DNA of 32,000 bases from Clostridia bacterium (GTDB lineage: Bacteria > Bacillota > Clostridia > Christensenellales > Aristaeellaceae): contig JAUNDF010000012.1 in the NCBI GenBank assembly GCA_030526225.1, positions 1-32,000 on the forward strand, written 5' to 3'. Under the pieces are notes generated by a model. The model worked only from the letters and a program-made list of their open reading frames with translations, did not search any database and was not told where the DNA came from. This document shows, piece by piece, positions 8,880-17,454 of the stretch. Each line of letters starts with the position of its first letter. Position 1 is the first letter of the stretch. The position numbers and the translations under genes were made by a program.

Positions 8880-9683
8880 TTATTTCGCAAGCTTCATGCC
8901 GTACTTTTGTTCAAACTCCCGCACAATTCTTGCCGGGCCGGGGTCAAGGAAGTAATCCAGCGCCTTTTCCCGCAATGTCTGCGGAACCCCGTAGTATGCC
9001 TCGGCCACGCTGCCGGCAATGGCGGCAATGGTGTCGCAGTCACCGCCAAGGGACACAGCGGTGCGGATGACATCCTCATAATCATTGCCCTCTGCAAACA
9101 CCTCCAGCGCCTGAGGCACACTGCCCTGACAGGTGACATCAAAGGTGTAGGTTGGGCGAATCTGGTCGATGGTGAAATCCAGCCGGTAGTAGTCCCGGTT
9201 GATGCAGTCAATGATGGTCTGCTTGTCCGCGCCGGTTCTTGCCATGTAGATGGCCACCGCCACGGCCTCTGCCGCCTTCAGTCCCTTGGGATGGTTGTGG
9301 GTCACTTCGGTTACCTTCCGGGCCAGCGTCTTGCATTCCTCCAGAGAGGATGCCGCCCAGCCAGCCGCGCTCACCCGCATGGCGGCACCGTTGCCAAGGC
9401 TGTTGTAGGGCTGAGGATTGTCGGAAAACATCCATGTCTTAAACCTTCCGCCATAGCCGCAGTGGGGATAGTGCCGTCCGATGAGCTGCATGCTTTTCAC
9501 CGTCTGCTGTGAAAGGTTCGTCCAGTCGCCATTGCACTGCAGAATTGCATGCGCCACCGCAATGGTCATCACCGAATCATCGGTAAACCAGCAGCTGCGG
9601 GAAAGCAAGTCAAATTCCTTGGTCTTGATGTTGTTGAATTCAAAGCGGGAGCCTGCGATATCGCCGATAATTGCACCGAGCAT
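8880..9683 (-). CDS. ADP-ribosylglycohydrolase family protein
   Basis: The ORF reads MLGAIIGDIAGSRFEFNN...FTDDSVMTIAVAHAI...GNGAAMRVS...GGDCDTIAAIAGS, typical of the ARH/DraG-like family. I placed the start at ATG 9683, preceded by TAGGAGG. The stop is TAA. Confidence 0.85.
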   Translation of the reverse strand: MLGAIIGDIAGSRFEFNNIKTKEFDLLSRSCWFTDDSVMTIAVAHAILQCNGDWTNLSQQTVKSMQLIGRHYPHCGYGGRFKTWMFSDNPQPYNSLGNGAAMRVSAAGWAASSLEECKTLARKVTEVTHNHPKGLKAAEAVAVAIYMARTGADKQTIIDCINRDYYRLDFTIDQIRPTYTFDVTCQGSVPQALEVFAEGNDYEDVIRTAVSLGGDCDTIAAIAGSVAEAYYGVPQTLREKALDYFLDPGPARIVREFEQKYGMKLAK

Positions 9684-9894
9684 GTTGCTGCCTCCTATAC
9701 AAGGTCGTTTTATTTCTGTTGACATGATGATGATACCATACATTGCCCTCATACAGGTCGCTCGGCGGGAGACATTTGCATTTTCTGTATTTTTGACACA
9801 ACCGACTGCAAATTGTGCCTATTTCTTTTTTGCCGTCTCTGCTACAATAACCATGTCAACAAACAAAAGATTTAATTCATGAAAGGATGATTTG

Positions 9895-10083
9895 ATGATG
9901 ACAAAGAAGGTTTATCGCTCCAAGGGCAACAGAATGATTTTCGGCGTATGCGGGGGACTTGCCGAGTTCTTCTCCATCGATCCCACGCTGGTGCGGCTGG
10001 CCGCGGTGCTGTTGTGTGCCATCGGCGGCAGCGGCATTGTGGGCTACATCATTGCCGCCATCCTGATGCCCGAGGCTGTTTAA
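9895..10083 (+). CDS. PspC domain-containing membrane protein
   Basis: The sequence KKVYRSKGNRMIFGVCGGLAEFFSIDPTLVRLAAVLL is the PspC-domain signature. An AAGGA RBS is present. The stop is TAA. Confidence 0.8.
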   Translation: MMTKKVYRSKGNRMIFGVCGGLAEFFSIDPTLVRLAAVLLCAIGGSGIVGYIIAAILMPEAV

Positions 10084-10097
10084 CGGAGGGATGCCCC

Positions 10098-10280
10098 ATG
10101 AATATCCAGCGCGTGATTGTCCTCATCCTGGTCGTGGCAGGGCTTTCGTTTCTGCTGATAAATCTGCTGACCGACTGGAACGATTATCTGTCCCTGACGC
10201 TTGCCCTGCTGTGCACTGCGGCAGCAAACTTCCTGAATCTTGCCATGATGAAGAAGGAACGGAAGGACAATGAGAATTAA
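10098..10280 (+). CDS. small hydrophobic membrane protein (60 aa), hypothetical
   Basis: The ATG is preceded by GGAGGG. There are two predicted TM helices (MNIQRVIVLILVVAGLSFLLINLL..., ..LTLALLCTAAANFLNLAMM). It is probably coupled to the PspC-domain gene. I recognised no family. Confidence 0.5.
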   Translation: MNIQRVIVLILVVAGLSFLLINLLTDWNDYLSLTLALLCTAAANFLNLAMMKKERKDNEN

Positions 10281-10906
10281 CTGAAAGAAGCGCCCGACAT
10301 CGGACGCTTCTTTTTGTGCCTGTCTGTTGGTTTTTGTTTGACCGGCGTAAAGCCGCGGGCAACCTGACCTTCCAGATCAAACTCCACGTACCACCAGTCA
10401 CCATGATAGTTGTAGCGGCCCACCACATAGTAGTTTTCGCCGGGGTCGATGGTGGCAAAGCAGCGGTTCTTGTTGAAGGTGGACAGGTTGTCATCGGTAA
10501 CATACAGGGTTTCATCAGCCACCATTTCGATGGAGGTGAAGTGCGGGGCCATCTTGGTGCTGACACCCTTGACATACTTGGGGGGAATCCAGCCCACGCG
10601 CCACTGGCCCTTGTTGGTCTCGTAGCGGACAATCATCCAGCCGCGCTCGTCAAAGCCGCCCACATCGATGTAGCTGTTGGTATCCACACAAGCCTTGCCG
10701 TTAGCGGCACGATAGGCATCCGTATAGGGTGCGGAATACACCGGGCAGGTTCCGCGGCCAAAGCCCTTCTTCATGTGTTCAAACTTGAACGGCGGAATGG
10801 AGGAAAGGCTGCTGCTTCCTCCGTTGTTCAGCTTTGTACCGGCAAAGGCTGTGGTCATGGACAGCACCAGCACCAAAGCCAGCACCAGAGACAGAATTCT
10901 TTTCAT
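10277..10906 (-). CDS. secreted protein with signal peptide and SH3b-like repeats, hypothetical
   Basis: The ORF has an N-terminal signal peptide (MKRILSLVLALVLVLSMTTAFAG). The motifs 'WMIVRYETNKGQWRVGWIP' and 'WWYVEFDLEGQVARGF' resemble bacterial SH3 domains. The stop is TAA and overlaps the convergent gene's stop (TTAA). Confidence 0.65.
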   Translation of the reverse strand: MKRILSLVLALVLVLSMTTAFAGTKLNNGGSSSLSSIPPFKFEHMKKGFGRGTCPVYSAPYTDAYRAANGKACVDTNSYIDVGGFDERGWMIVRYETNKGQWRVGWIPPKYVKGVSTKMAPHFTSIEMVADETLYVTDDNLSTFNKNRCFATIDPGENYYVVGRYNYHGDWWYVEFDLEGQVARGFTPVKQKPTDRHKKKRPMSGASFS

Positions 10907-11034
10907 TTGTCATTCCTCCAATGAATTGCACCGTTTGGGGTACATCTGATGTCATCATTGTAACATTTTCAAGCGCGCGGTGCAATGTCGCATTTGGTTT
11001 TTTAAGGGTTTGAGTGCCGCAGAAAAGGCTCGGA

Positions 11035-11063
11035 TTGACAAGGCATCTCCCGGCTGTTAAAAT
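11035..11063 (+). promoter_or_regulatory. promoter for the small peptide gene (TTGACA-N17-TAAAAT)
   Basis: The sequence TTGACAaggcatctcccggctgtTAAAAT lies about 100 nt upstream of the ATG at 11167. Confidence 0.5.
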
Positions 11064-11166
11064 AAATCAAAAAAATTTTTTAATTTATGCGGCCCTGACA
11101 CCGTTTCGGCTGTATAAAAGGGCGAAACACAAAAACAACCTCCACCTGAAGAAAGGATGATATACG

Positions 11167-11379
11167 ATGGATAAGAAATTGAGAGGCATTTTCAACTACC
11201 AGTCATTCTCCCCCGACAGCAGACTGAGCAGCCTGATTAACGACACCATGAGCCGCTATTCCGCCGGCACAGAGCTTAGTGACGATGACCTGATGTTCGT
11301 CAATGCCGCCGGCAGCCCCGAGCAGGCCCGTCAGAGCGCCGATGCCCTGCGCTCCATCCTCGATAAAGCCGATAAATAA
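11167..11379 (+). CDS. 70-aa putative exported precursor peptide with a double-glycine-type (NHLP-like) leader end
   Basis: An AAGGA RBS is present. The sequence ..GTELSDDDLMFVNAAG|SPEQ.. resembles the ..ELSDEELEAVAGG end of C39-processed leaders. The gene has its own promoter and a strong terminator. It sits directly upstream of a C39-peptidase ABC exporter operon. The stop is TAA. Confidence 0.55.
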   Translation: MDKKLRGIFNYQSFSPDSRLSSLINDTMSRYSAGTELSDDDLMFVNAAGSPEQARQSADALRSILDKADK

Positions 11380-11395
11380 TCACCGCTGTCCCTGT

Positions 11396-11431
11396 CCCCT
11401 CCGGCATCAAACGCCGGAGGGGCATTTTTTG
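11396..11431 (+). terminator. intrinsic terminator after the peptide gene
   Basis: There is a perfect 10-bp stem, CCCCTCCGGCatcaaacGCCGGAGGGG, followed by caTTTTTT. Confidence 0.8.
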
Positions 11432-11453
11432 TGTTATGCAGCCTGCGACCGTG

Positions 11454-11482
11454 TTGTCAATTTCATCCGGATTTGATATAAT
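11454..11482 (+). promoter_or_regulatory. promoter for the sigma/ABC operon (TTGTCA-N17-TATAAT)
   Basis: The sequence is TTGTCAatttcatccggatttgaTATAAT, about 40 nt upstream of the sigma factor ATG. Confidence 0.5.
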
Positions 11483-11520
11483 TGTGACGAATTATTTCCT
11501 CTTAAATAGCAGGAGGCAGC

Positions 11521-12003
11521 ATGGATCAGGAAAAGATTTATTCGGAATATTATCCCAAGGTATTGCGTTATGTGCGCTCCAAAATCAGCCGGTATGATGA
11601 AGCGGAGGATCTGGCGCAGAACGTGTTTGTGAAGGTCTTTCAAAAGTGGGATACCTTTGACGAAACAAAGGCATCCATTTCCACCTGGATTTATACCATC
11701 ACCCATAACACCGTGTGCAATTATTACAAATCCATGAGCTACCGGCAGACCGAAGAGCTGCCCGAGCAGGTGGCGGACGAAATCACCCCGGATTTTACCG
11801 AGGAGATTGTCCAGAAGGACATGCAGGGCCGTTTGGCTGATGCCCTGTCCACCATGCCCCAGGAAAAGCGGGATTTGATTATCCTGTATTACTACGGCGG
11901 CGTTACCCTGAAGGACATCGCCGTCAAGATGAACCGCCCCTACGGCCAGATTAAGCGGCTGCACGAAAAAGTGCTCAAGGAGCTGTCCCTGGCTCTTGGC
12001 TGA
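11521..12003 (+). CDS. ECF-type sigma-70 family RNA polymerase sigma factor
   Basis: The 160 aa ORF has region 2 (..DEAEDLAQNVFVKVFQKWDTFDE..STWIYTITHN) and region 4 (..KRDLIILYYYGGVTLKDIAVKMNRPYGQIKRLHEKVL). The RBS is AGGAGG. The stop is TGA. Confidence 0.85.
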   Translation: MDQEKIYSEYYPKVLRYVRSKISRYDEAEDLAQNVFVKVFQKWDTFDETKASISTWIYTITHNTVCNYYKSMSYRQTEELPEQVADEITPDFTEEIVQKDMQGRLADALSTMPQEKRDLIILYYYGGVTLKDIAVKMNRPYGQIKRLHEKVLKELSLALG

Positions 12004-12024
12004 TGACAAACGGAGGTGTTTCCC

Positions 12025-12234
12025 ATGAACGAATCTCTGTTTCGCAAGGCCAGCCTGGACCGCATCGCATCCCCGGAGGATTCGGATGAGTACCTGCGCC
12101 GCACCCCGGTTCCCCGATGGCTGATTGCCGCGGCAGCCGCGGTGCTGCTTTTCGGCGCGGCCTGCTGGGGATATACCGCATACACCGCGCTGCATCCGGC
12201 CCCATCCATCACGGAAGGGAGCACAGCAGAATGA
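12025..12234 (+). CDS. 69-aa membrane protein resembling only the N-terminus plus TM anchor of HlyD-type (NHLM bacteriocin system) secretion proteins
   Basis: The sequence MNESLFRKASLDRIASPEDSDEYLRRTPVPRWLIAAAAAVLLFGAACW matches the conserved start of HlyD-like accessory proteins (..ALxRLSSPEQLD..PRxWL..TM). It stops about 20 aa after the TM helix. The RBS is GGAGGTG. An ATGA overlap links it to the next gene. Confidence 0.6.
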   Translation: MNESLFRKASLDRIASPEDSDEYLRRTPVPRWLIAAAAAVLLFGAACWGYTAYTALHPAPSITEGSTAE

Positions 12235-14402
12235 GCTTTATCAAAAAATCCGCATCCGGCAGCGTTGTCCGCGTGCCGGTGATTTTGCAGCTGGAGGCGC
12301 TGGAGTGCGGTGCCGCCTGTCTGGCCATGATTTTGGCCTGCTACGGCAAATGGGTTCCGCTGGACAAGGTCCGCACAGACTGCGGCGTATCCCGGGACGG
12401 CTCCAATGCCAAAAACCTGCTCCTTGCCGCCCGCAGCTATGGCATGACGGCCAAGGGCATCCGCATCGAGCCGGAGGCACTGAAGAAAAACGGCGCCTTC
12501 CCTTGCATTATCCACTGGCAGTTCAACCACTTTGTGGTGCTGTGCGGCTTCCGCAAAAATGCGGCTGTCATCAATGACCCGGCCCGTGGCACCGTTGAAA
12601 TCCCCATGGAGGAATTCAGTCAGGCCTTCACCGGCATCTGCCTGATGATGACACCGGGCGAGCACTTTACCATTGGCGGCAGAAAAAAGAAGACAGCAGC
12701 GTACATCCGCGAGCATCTGAGGGGCGCCGGAAAGCACATCGCCGTTACGGCATCGCTGGCGGTGCTGGTAGGGCTGGTGGGCATTGCGCATACGTTTTTT
12801 GCCCAATATTTTATGGATAACCTTCTGGGGAAGCAGCAGCAAAAGGCCGCTCCCCTGTTTCTGCTTTTGTTCCTGCTGCTGGCAGTGGTGACCGTGGTGG
12901 CCAGAGGCTATCAGGCTCGGTATTCCCTGCGGCTGATGGGCCGCTATGCCGTGAAAGCCAACGCAGGCTTTATGCAGCACATTCTGCAGATGCCGGTGTA
13001 CTTTTTCTCCCAGCGCATGTCCGGTGATATCCTCGGCCGCAAGCGCAGCAATGAAAGCATCGCCTTTACGCTGATTGACACCATGGCCCCCATCGTGATC
13101 GACGGAGCGCTGGCTGTGGTGTATCTGGCGATTATGCTCCGCACCAGCTGGGTGCTGGCGCTCATCGGCATCGGCGGCATGGCCGTGCATCTGCTGATGA
13201 ACCGGCATCTGTCCGGCAAGCGGGAAAACATCTCCCGGCTAAACCTGCGCAACGAGGCCAAGCTGGATTCCGCCACCGTATCCGGCATGGAGATGATTGA
13301 AACCATCAAGTCCAGCGGCGCAGAAAGCGGCTTTTTCGCCAAATGGGCGGGCTGTCAGGCGGCAGTCCACAATCAGAACCTGAAAAGCCGCAATCTGGAG
13401 AATCTGTACACCCTCAGCATGAACGCCGTGTCCATTGCGGTGGATATGGGCATTCTGTTCCTTGGTTTGCGTCTGATTATCCGCGGCGATATGACCGTGG
13501 GCATGCTGTTTGCGTTTCAGGGCTTTCTGATGTCCTTCATGAACCCCGTCACCCGCATTGCCTTCTCCGGCAGCGCCCTGCGGGAGATGCGCAGCAGCAT
13601 GGAGCGCATTGAGGATGTGATGGAGTACCCTGCCGACAAGATGTGTGCACAGCAGAGCGCATCCTGCGAAGCACCGGAAAAGCTCCGGGGCGAAATCGAG
13701 CTGCGCCATGTGACCTTCGGCTACTCTCCCCTTGCAAAGCCCTTGATTGAGGACCTGAGCCTGACGGTCAAGCCCGGTGAAAAGATTGCGCTGGTGGGTG
13801 CCTCCGGCTGCGGCAAGTCCACGGTATCGAAGCTGATTTCCGGCCTGTATCAGCCCTGGAGCGGCGAAATCCTGCTGGACGGCAAGCCGCTGACGGAGAT
13901 TGACCGCAGTGTGCTCACCGGCTCGCTGGCGGTGGTGGATCAGGACATCACCCTGTTTGAGGATACCATCGCCAACAACATCAAGATGTGGGACACCACC
14001 ATCGAGGATTTTGAGATGATTCTCGCCGCCCGGGATGCCAGCATGCATGATGTGATTATGCAGCGGAATGAGGGCTACCGTTATAAAATGTCAGAGGGCG
14101 GCCGTGACTTCTCCGGCGGTCAGCGCCAGCGGCTGGAAATTGCCCGGGTGCTGGCCCAGGACCCCACCATGATCATCATGGATGAGGCCACCTCTGCGCT
14201 GGATGCCAAAACAGAGTTCGATGTGGTCAACGCCATCCGCGACCGGGGCATCACCTGTCTGGTGATTGCCCACCGCCTGTCCACCATCCGGGACTGTGAC
14301 CAGATTCTGGTGATGGACCACGGCAGGATTATCGAGCGGGGCACCCATGGCGAGCTGATGGCCGGCGGCGGCATCTATCAGCAGCTGATTATGAACGATT
14401 GA
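12231..14402 (+). CDS. bacteriocin/peptide-exporting ABC transporter with N-terminal C39 peptidase domain (peptidase/permease/ATP-binding)
   Basis: The C39 catalytic context is present (LQLEALECGAACLAMIL and ..HWQFNHFVVL..). The ORF also has a six-TM ABC exporter domain, Walker A (GASGCGKST), the signature (LSGGQRQR) and Walker B (IIIMDEATSALD). I placed the start at ATG 12231. The stop is TGA. Confidence 0.9.
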   Translation: MSFIKKSASGSVVRVPVILQLEALECGAACLAMILACYGKWVPLDKVRTDCGVSRDGSNAKNLLLAARSYGMTAKGIRIEPEALKKNGAFPCIIHWQFNHFVVLCGFRKNAAVINDPARGTVEIPMEEFSQAFTGICLMMTPGEHFTIGGRKKKTAAYIREHLRGAGKHIAVTASLAVLVGLVGIAHTFFAQYFMDNLLGKQQQKAAPLFLLLFLLLAVVTVVARGYQARYSLRLMGRYAVKANAGFMQHILQMPVYFFSQRMSGDILGRKRSNESIAFTLIDTMAPIVIDGALAVVYLAIMLRTSWVLALIGIGGMAVHLLMNRHLSGKRENISRLNLRNEAKLDSATVSGMEMIETIKSSGAESGFFAKWAGCQAAVHNQNLKSRNLENLYTLSMNAVSIAVDMGILFLGLRLIIRGDMTVGMLFAFQGFLMSFMNPVTRIAFSGSALREMRSSMERIEDVMEYPADKMCAQQSASCEAPEKLRGEIELRHVTFGYSPLAKPLIEDLSLTVKPGEKIALVGASGCGKSTVSKLISGLYQPWSGEILLDGKPLTEIDRSVLTGSLAVVDQDITLFEDTIANNIKMWDTTIEDFEMILAARDASMHDVIMQRNEGYRYKMSEGGRDFSGGQRQRLEIARVLAQDPTMIIMDEATSALDAKTEFDVVNAIRDRGITCLVIAHRLSTIRDCDQILVMDHGRIIERGTHGELMAGGGIYQQLIMND

Positions 14403-14412
14403 GGAGGCGCAC

Positions 14413-16602
14413 ATGAGTTGGGTTGAAGAACAAATCAAGCAGCGCATCCACAGAGATAATCAGCTGTACGATGATGCCATGGCCCGGATGGATGCCATGG
14501 CCGAGGGAAAGCCCTATACCGGCTCCGCCCCCGGCAGCCGCGAGCTGGTGGGGCAGGCCATGGATGAAATCCTGCGCTATTACCATGTCAAGCCCCCTGA
14601 AATCCCCGATTCCATCACGGATACGGAGGAAATGCTGGAATACCTGCTGCGCCCCTCCGGCATCATGCACCGCACCGTTTCCCTCACCGGTGACTGGTAC
14701 ACCCATGCCACCGGTGCCATGCTGGCCGCTACGCAGGACGGTACCGTCATCGCCCTGATTCCCGGCAGAGCCCGCGGATATTATTATCGGGAAAGTGCCA
14801 CCGGCAAACGAATCAGAATCACCAAAGCAAACGCGGATACCATCGCCGCCCCGGCCATCTGCTTTTATCAGCCCATGCCGCAGGAGAAGATGACCGCCGC
14901 GGATTATGTGCTGTATCTGTTCCGCCAGCTGCAGCTGAAGGACTTTCTCCGCATGGCGGCGGCCACCCTGCTGATGACCCTGCTGGGGCTGCTGATTCCC
15001 GTGGTGACCGCGTTCCTTTACAGCAAGGTGCTGGCAGACAAGAGCATCGCGCTGCTCGCAGGCGCGGTCCTGTCCATGCTGTGTGTGCGGCTGGCCATGG
15101 CGCTGATTGATTTGGTCAAGCGCATCATGCTGACGGACATCACCGCCGGCATATCATCCGCCGCAGAAAGTGCGCTGATGATGCGGCTGCTGTCCCTGCC
15201 GGCATCATTTTTCAAGCAATACGGTGCGGGCGAGCTGTCCGGGCGAATCACCTGCGCAAGGGTGCTGGCAGAGCGGCTGTTCAGCGCCCTGTTCACCCTG
15301 GCACTGTCCTCCGTATTCGCGCTGATGTACGTCATCCAGCTGGCGAAATTCGCCCCTGCGCTGATGTTCCCGGCGGTGCTGGTCATCCTTGTTACCTTCA
15401 TGATTCAGCTTACTGCCGGATTCATCCGCGCCCGCTATTTTGAACAGTATGTGACAGAAAGCACCAAGGAGAGCGGTCTGGTGCTGGCGCTGATGAACGG
15501 CCTGACGAAGATTCGCGTTTCCGGCAGTGAAAAGCGCGCCTTTTCCAAGTGGAGCGAGCAATACATCAAGGCCGCCAAAAACCTGTACAATGTTCCCGCT
15601 TTCCTCACCCTGCGGGATGCAATCACCGCCGCCGTGACCCTTGCCGGTACGCTGGTGATGTATTGTCTGGCCCTTGCCTCCGGCATCACACAGGCGGAAT
15701 ACTTGGCGTTCTTCGCCGCCTATGGCATGCTCTCCGGTGCATTTGCCGCGCTGGCAGACATTGCCTATACCAATGCGGAAGTCAAGCCCCTGCTGAACAT
15801 GATTGCCCCCATGCTGGCAGTCGTGCCGGAGGTGGGTAAAAGCCGCCGGATGGTCACCTCCCTTCGCGGCGGCATTGAGCTGAGCCATGTGTCCTTCCGT
15901 TATCAGGACAACATGCCCGATGTGCTGGACGATTTGTCCCTGACCATCCGTCCGGGGCAGTATGTGGGCATTGTGGGCAAAACAGGCTGCGGCAAATCCA
16001 CCCTGATGCGCATCCTGCTGGGCTTTGAAAAGCCACAGCGGGGCACCGTGTATTACGACAGGCAGGATATTGCCGCACTGGACCTGAAGTCCCTGCGCCG
16101 CCACATCGGCACCGTGATGCAGAATGACCGCCTGTTCATGGGTGATATTTTCTCCAACATCACCATTGCCGCCCCGAAGCTGACACTGGATGATGCATGG
16201 CAGGCCGCCGAAACCGCCGGCGTGGCGGATGACATCCGTGAAATGCCCATGGGCATGCATACCTTCATCTCCGAGGGACAGGGCGGCATCTCCGGCGGTC
16301 AGCGCCAGCGGCTGCTCATCGCCCGGGCCATTGCGCCCAAGCCCAAAATCCTCCTGTTTGACGAGGCCACATCGGCACTGGACAACATCACTCAAAAGAA
16401 GGTATCCGATGCGCTGGCTCAGCTGAAGTGCACGAGGATTGTCATCGCTCACCGGCTGTCTACCATCCGCAACTGTGACCGGATTCTGGTAATGGACAGG
16501 GGCAAAATCATCGAAGACGGCACCTATGACCAGCTGATGGCCGCCGACAGCTTCTTTGCGGAGCTTGTGCGGCGTCAGCAAGTGACACAGCAAGCGAATT
16601 GA
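14413..16602 (+). CDS. second ABC exporter subunit (permease/ATP-binding) with a degenerate, Cys-less C39-like N-terminal domain
   Basis: The 729 aa ORF has an N-terminal domain of about 160 aa with no catalytic Cys. It also has a TM exporter domain and the motifs GKTGCGKST, ISGGQRQR and ILLFDEATSALD. This pairing is typical of two-ABC 'NHLM bacteriocin system' exporters. The RBS is GAGGAGG. The stop is TGA. Confidence 0.9.
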   Translation: MSWVEEQIKQRIHRDNQLYDDAMARMDAMAEGKPYTGSAPGSRELVGQAMDEILRYYHVKPPEIPDSITDTEEMLEYLLRPSGIMHRTVSLTGDWYTHATGAMLAATQDGTVIALIPGRARGYYYRESATGKRIRITKANADTIAAPAICFYQPMPQEKMTAADYVLYLFRQLQLKDFLRMAAATLLMTLLGLLIPVVTAFLYSKVLADKSIALLAGAVLSMLCVRLAMALIDLVKRIMLTDITAGISSAAESALMMRLLSLPASFFKQYGAGELSGRITCARVLAERLFSALFTLALSSVFALMYVIQLAKFAPALMFPAVLVILVTFMIQLTAGFIRARYFEQYVTESTKESGLVLALMNGLTKIRVSGSEKRAFSKWSEQYIKAAKNLYNVPAFLTLRDAITAAVTLAGTLVMYCLALASGITQAEYLAFFAAYGMLSGAFAALADIAYTNAEVKPLLNMIAPMLAVVPEVGKSRRMVTSLRGGIELSHVSFRYQDNMPDVLDDLSLTIRPGQYVGIVGKTGCGKSTLMRILLGFEKPQRGTVYYDRQDIAALDLKSLRRHIGTVMQNDRLFMGDIFSNITIAAPKLTLDDAWQAAETAGVADDIREMPMGMHTFISEGQGGISGGQRQRLLIARAIAPKPKILLFDEATSALDNITQKKVSDALAQLKCTRIVIAHRLSTIRNCDRILVMDRGKIIEDGTYDQLMAADSFFAELVRRQQVTQQAN

Positions 16603-16620
16603 AAGGAGTGTGCATCGATT

Positions 16621-17055
16621 ATGGAAAAGAAACGCTGTAAGGGCAAGCTTGTCATCATCCTGCTGCTGATTGTCAATCTCTGCGCCACGGCAGTATTTGG
16701 CACCATGCTGCTGACCCGCAAGCAGACAGCCTATGAGTCTGACGGCTTCCTTGTCTATGTGGGCCTGACCGACAAGGATGCCTACACGCAGGTGCTTTCC
16801 ACCGAAGAAGCCAAGGACAAGCTGGAGAACATCCTCAGCCGTCACCTGGGCGGCTATACCATCATCGATGCCACCGGCGGCTGGCTGGATGAAACCAACA
16901 CCATGAAGCGGGAACTCACCCTGATGTGCGTGATGAACGGCACGGACATCGACACCGTTCACAAGGTCTGCGACGATATTTTCGTGGAGCTGAATGTCAA
17001 CACGGTGCTCATCGAGCAAAAGCCCATCCATATGGAATATTATTCACGTAAATAA
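16621..17055 (+). CDS. membrane-anchored hypothetical protein (144 aa), last gene of the exporter operon
   Basis: The RBS is AAAGGAG. There is a single N-terminal TM helix (KLVIILLLIVNLCATAVFGTMLL) followed by a soluble domain of about 110 aa. I recognised no family. The stop is TAA. Confidence 0.6.
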   Translation: MEKKRCKGKLVIILLLIVNLCATAVFGTMLLTRKQTAYESDGFLVYVGLTDKDAYTQVLSTEEAKDKLENILSRHLGGYTIIDATGGWLDETNTMKRELTLMCVMNGTDIDTVHKVCDDIFVELNVNTVLIEQKPIHMEYYSRK

Positions 17056-17061
17056 CAGCAA

Positions 17062-17094
17062 AAGAGGCATCGACAAAACCGATGCCTCTTTTCA
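17062..17094. terminator. bidirectional intrinsic terminator between convergent operons
   Basis: There is a perfect stem, AAGAGGCATCGacaaaaCCGATGCCTCTT, flanked by A-runs and T-runs. Confidence 0.7.
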
Positions 17095-17143
17095 AATGCG
17101 CTCCAGCAGCTCCTCCGGCTTGATGGCCGGTACGGGGCTGGTT

Positions 17144-17440
17144 TTATTCCACCACCAGGAAGTCGGCAAAGCCGGTGATTTCAAACACGTCCATCACGCC
17201 TTCGCACACATTGGTCAGCTTGAGGCCGCCGGCGTTGAGGTACTTCTTGTGGGCGCTGAGCAGCACGCGCAGTCCGGCAGAGGATACATACTGTACGCCG
17301 GACATGTCGAGGGTCAGCTGATTGATTTCATCCCCCAGCTGGAACAGTGCTGTTTCCAGGGTGGAAGCAGTGGCCGTATCAAGGCGGCCATCCAGCTTCA
17401 GGGTTGCGGCGTTGTTGTTCTTTTCAGTGGTAATGGTCAT
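17144..17440 (-). CDS. STAS-domain anti-sigma-factor antagonist (SpoIIAA/RsbV-like)
   Basis: The 98 aa ORF reads ..LKLDGRLDTATASTLE...LDMSGVQYVSSAGLRVLL.., containing the conserved phosphorylatable Ser context. The stop is TAA. Confidence 0.85.
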   Translation of the reverse strand: MTITTEKNNNAATLKLDGRLDTATASTLETALFQLGDEINQLTLDMSGVQYVSSAGLRVLLSAHKKYLNAGGLKLTNVCEGVMDVFEITGFADFLVVE

Positions 17441-17454
17441 GGGAATCGTCCTCC

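Noticed and set aside
9948-10280. 110-aa ORF overlapping the PspC-domain gene
   Set aside because: Its N-terminal 50 codons overlap the PspC gene out of frame and are Arg/Gly/His-rich. A good GGAGGG RBS precedes the internal ATG at 10098, so only the 60-aa C-terminal part is called.
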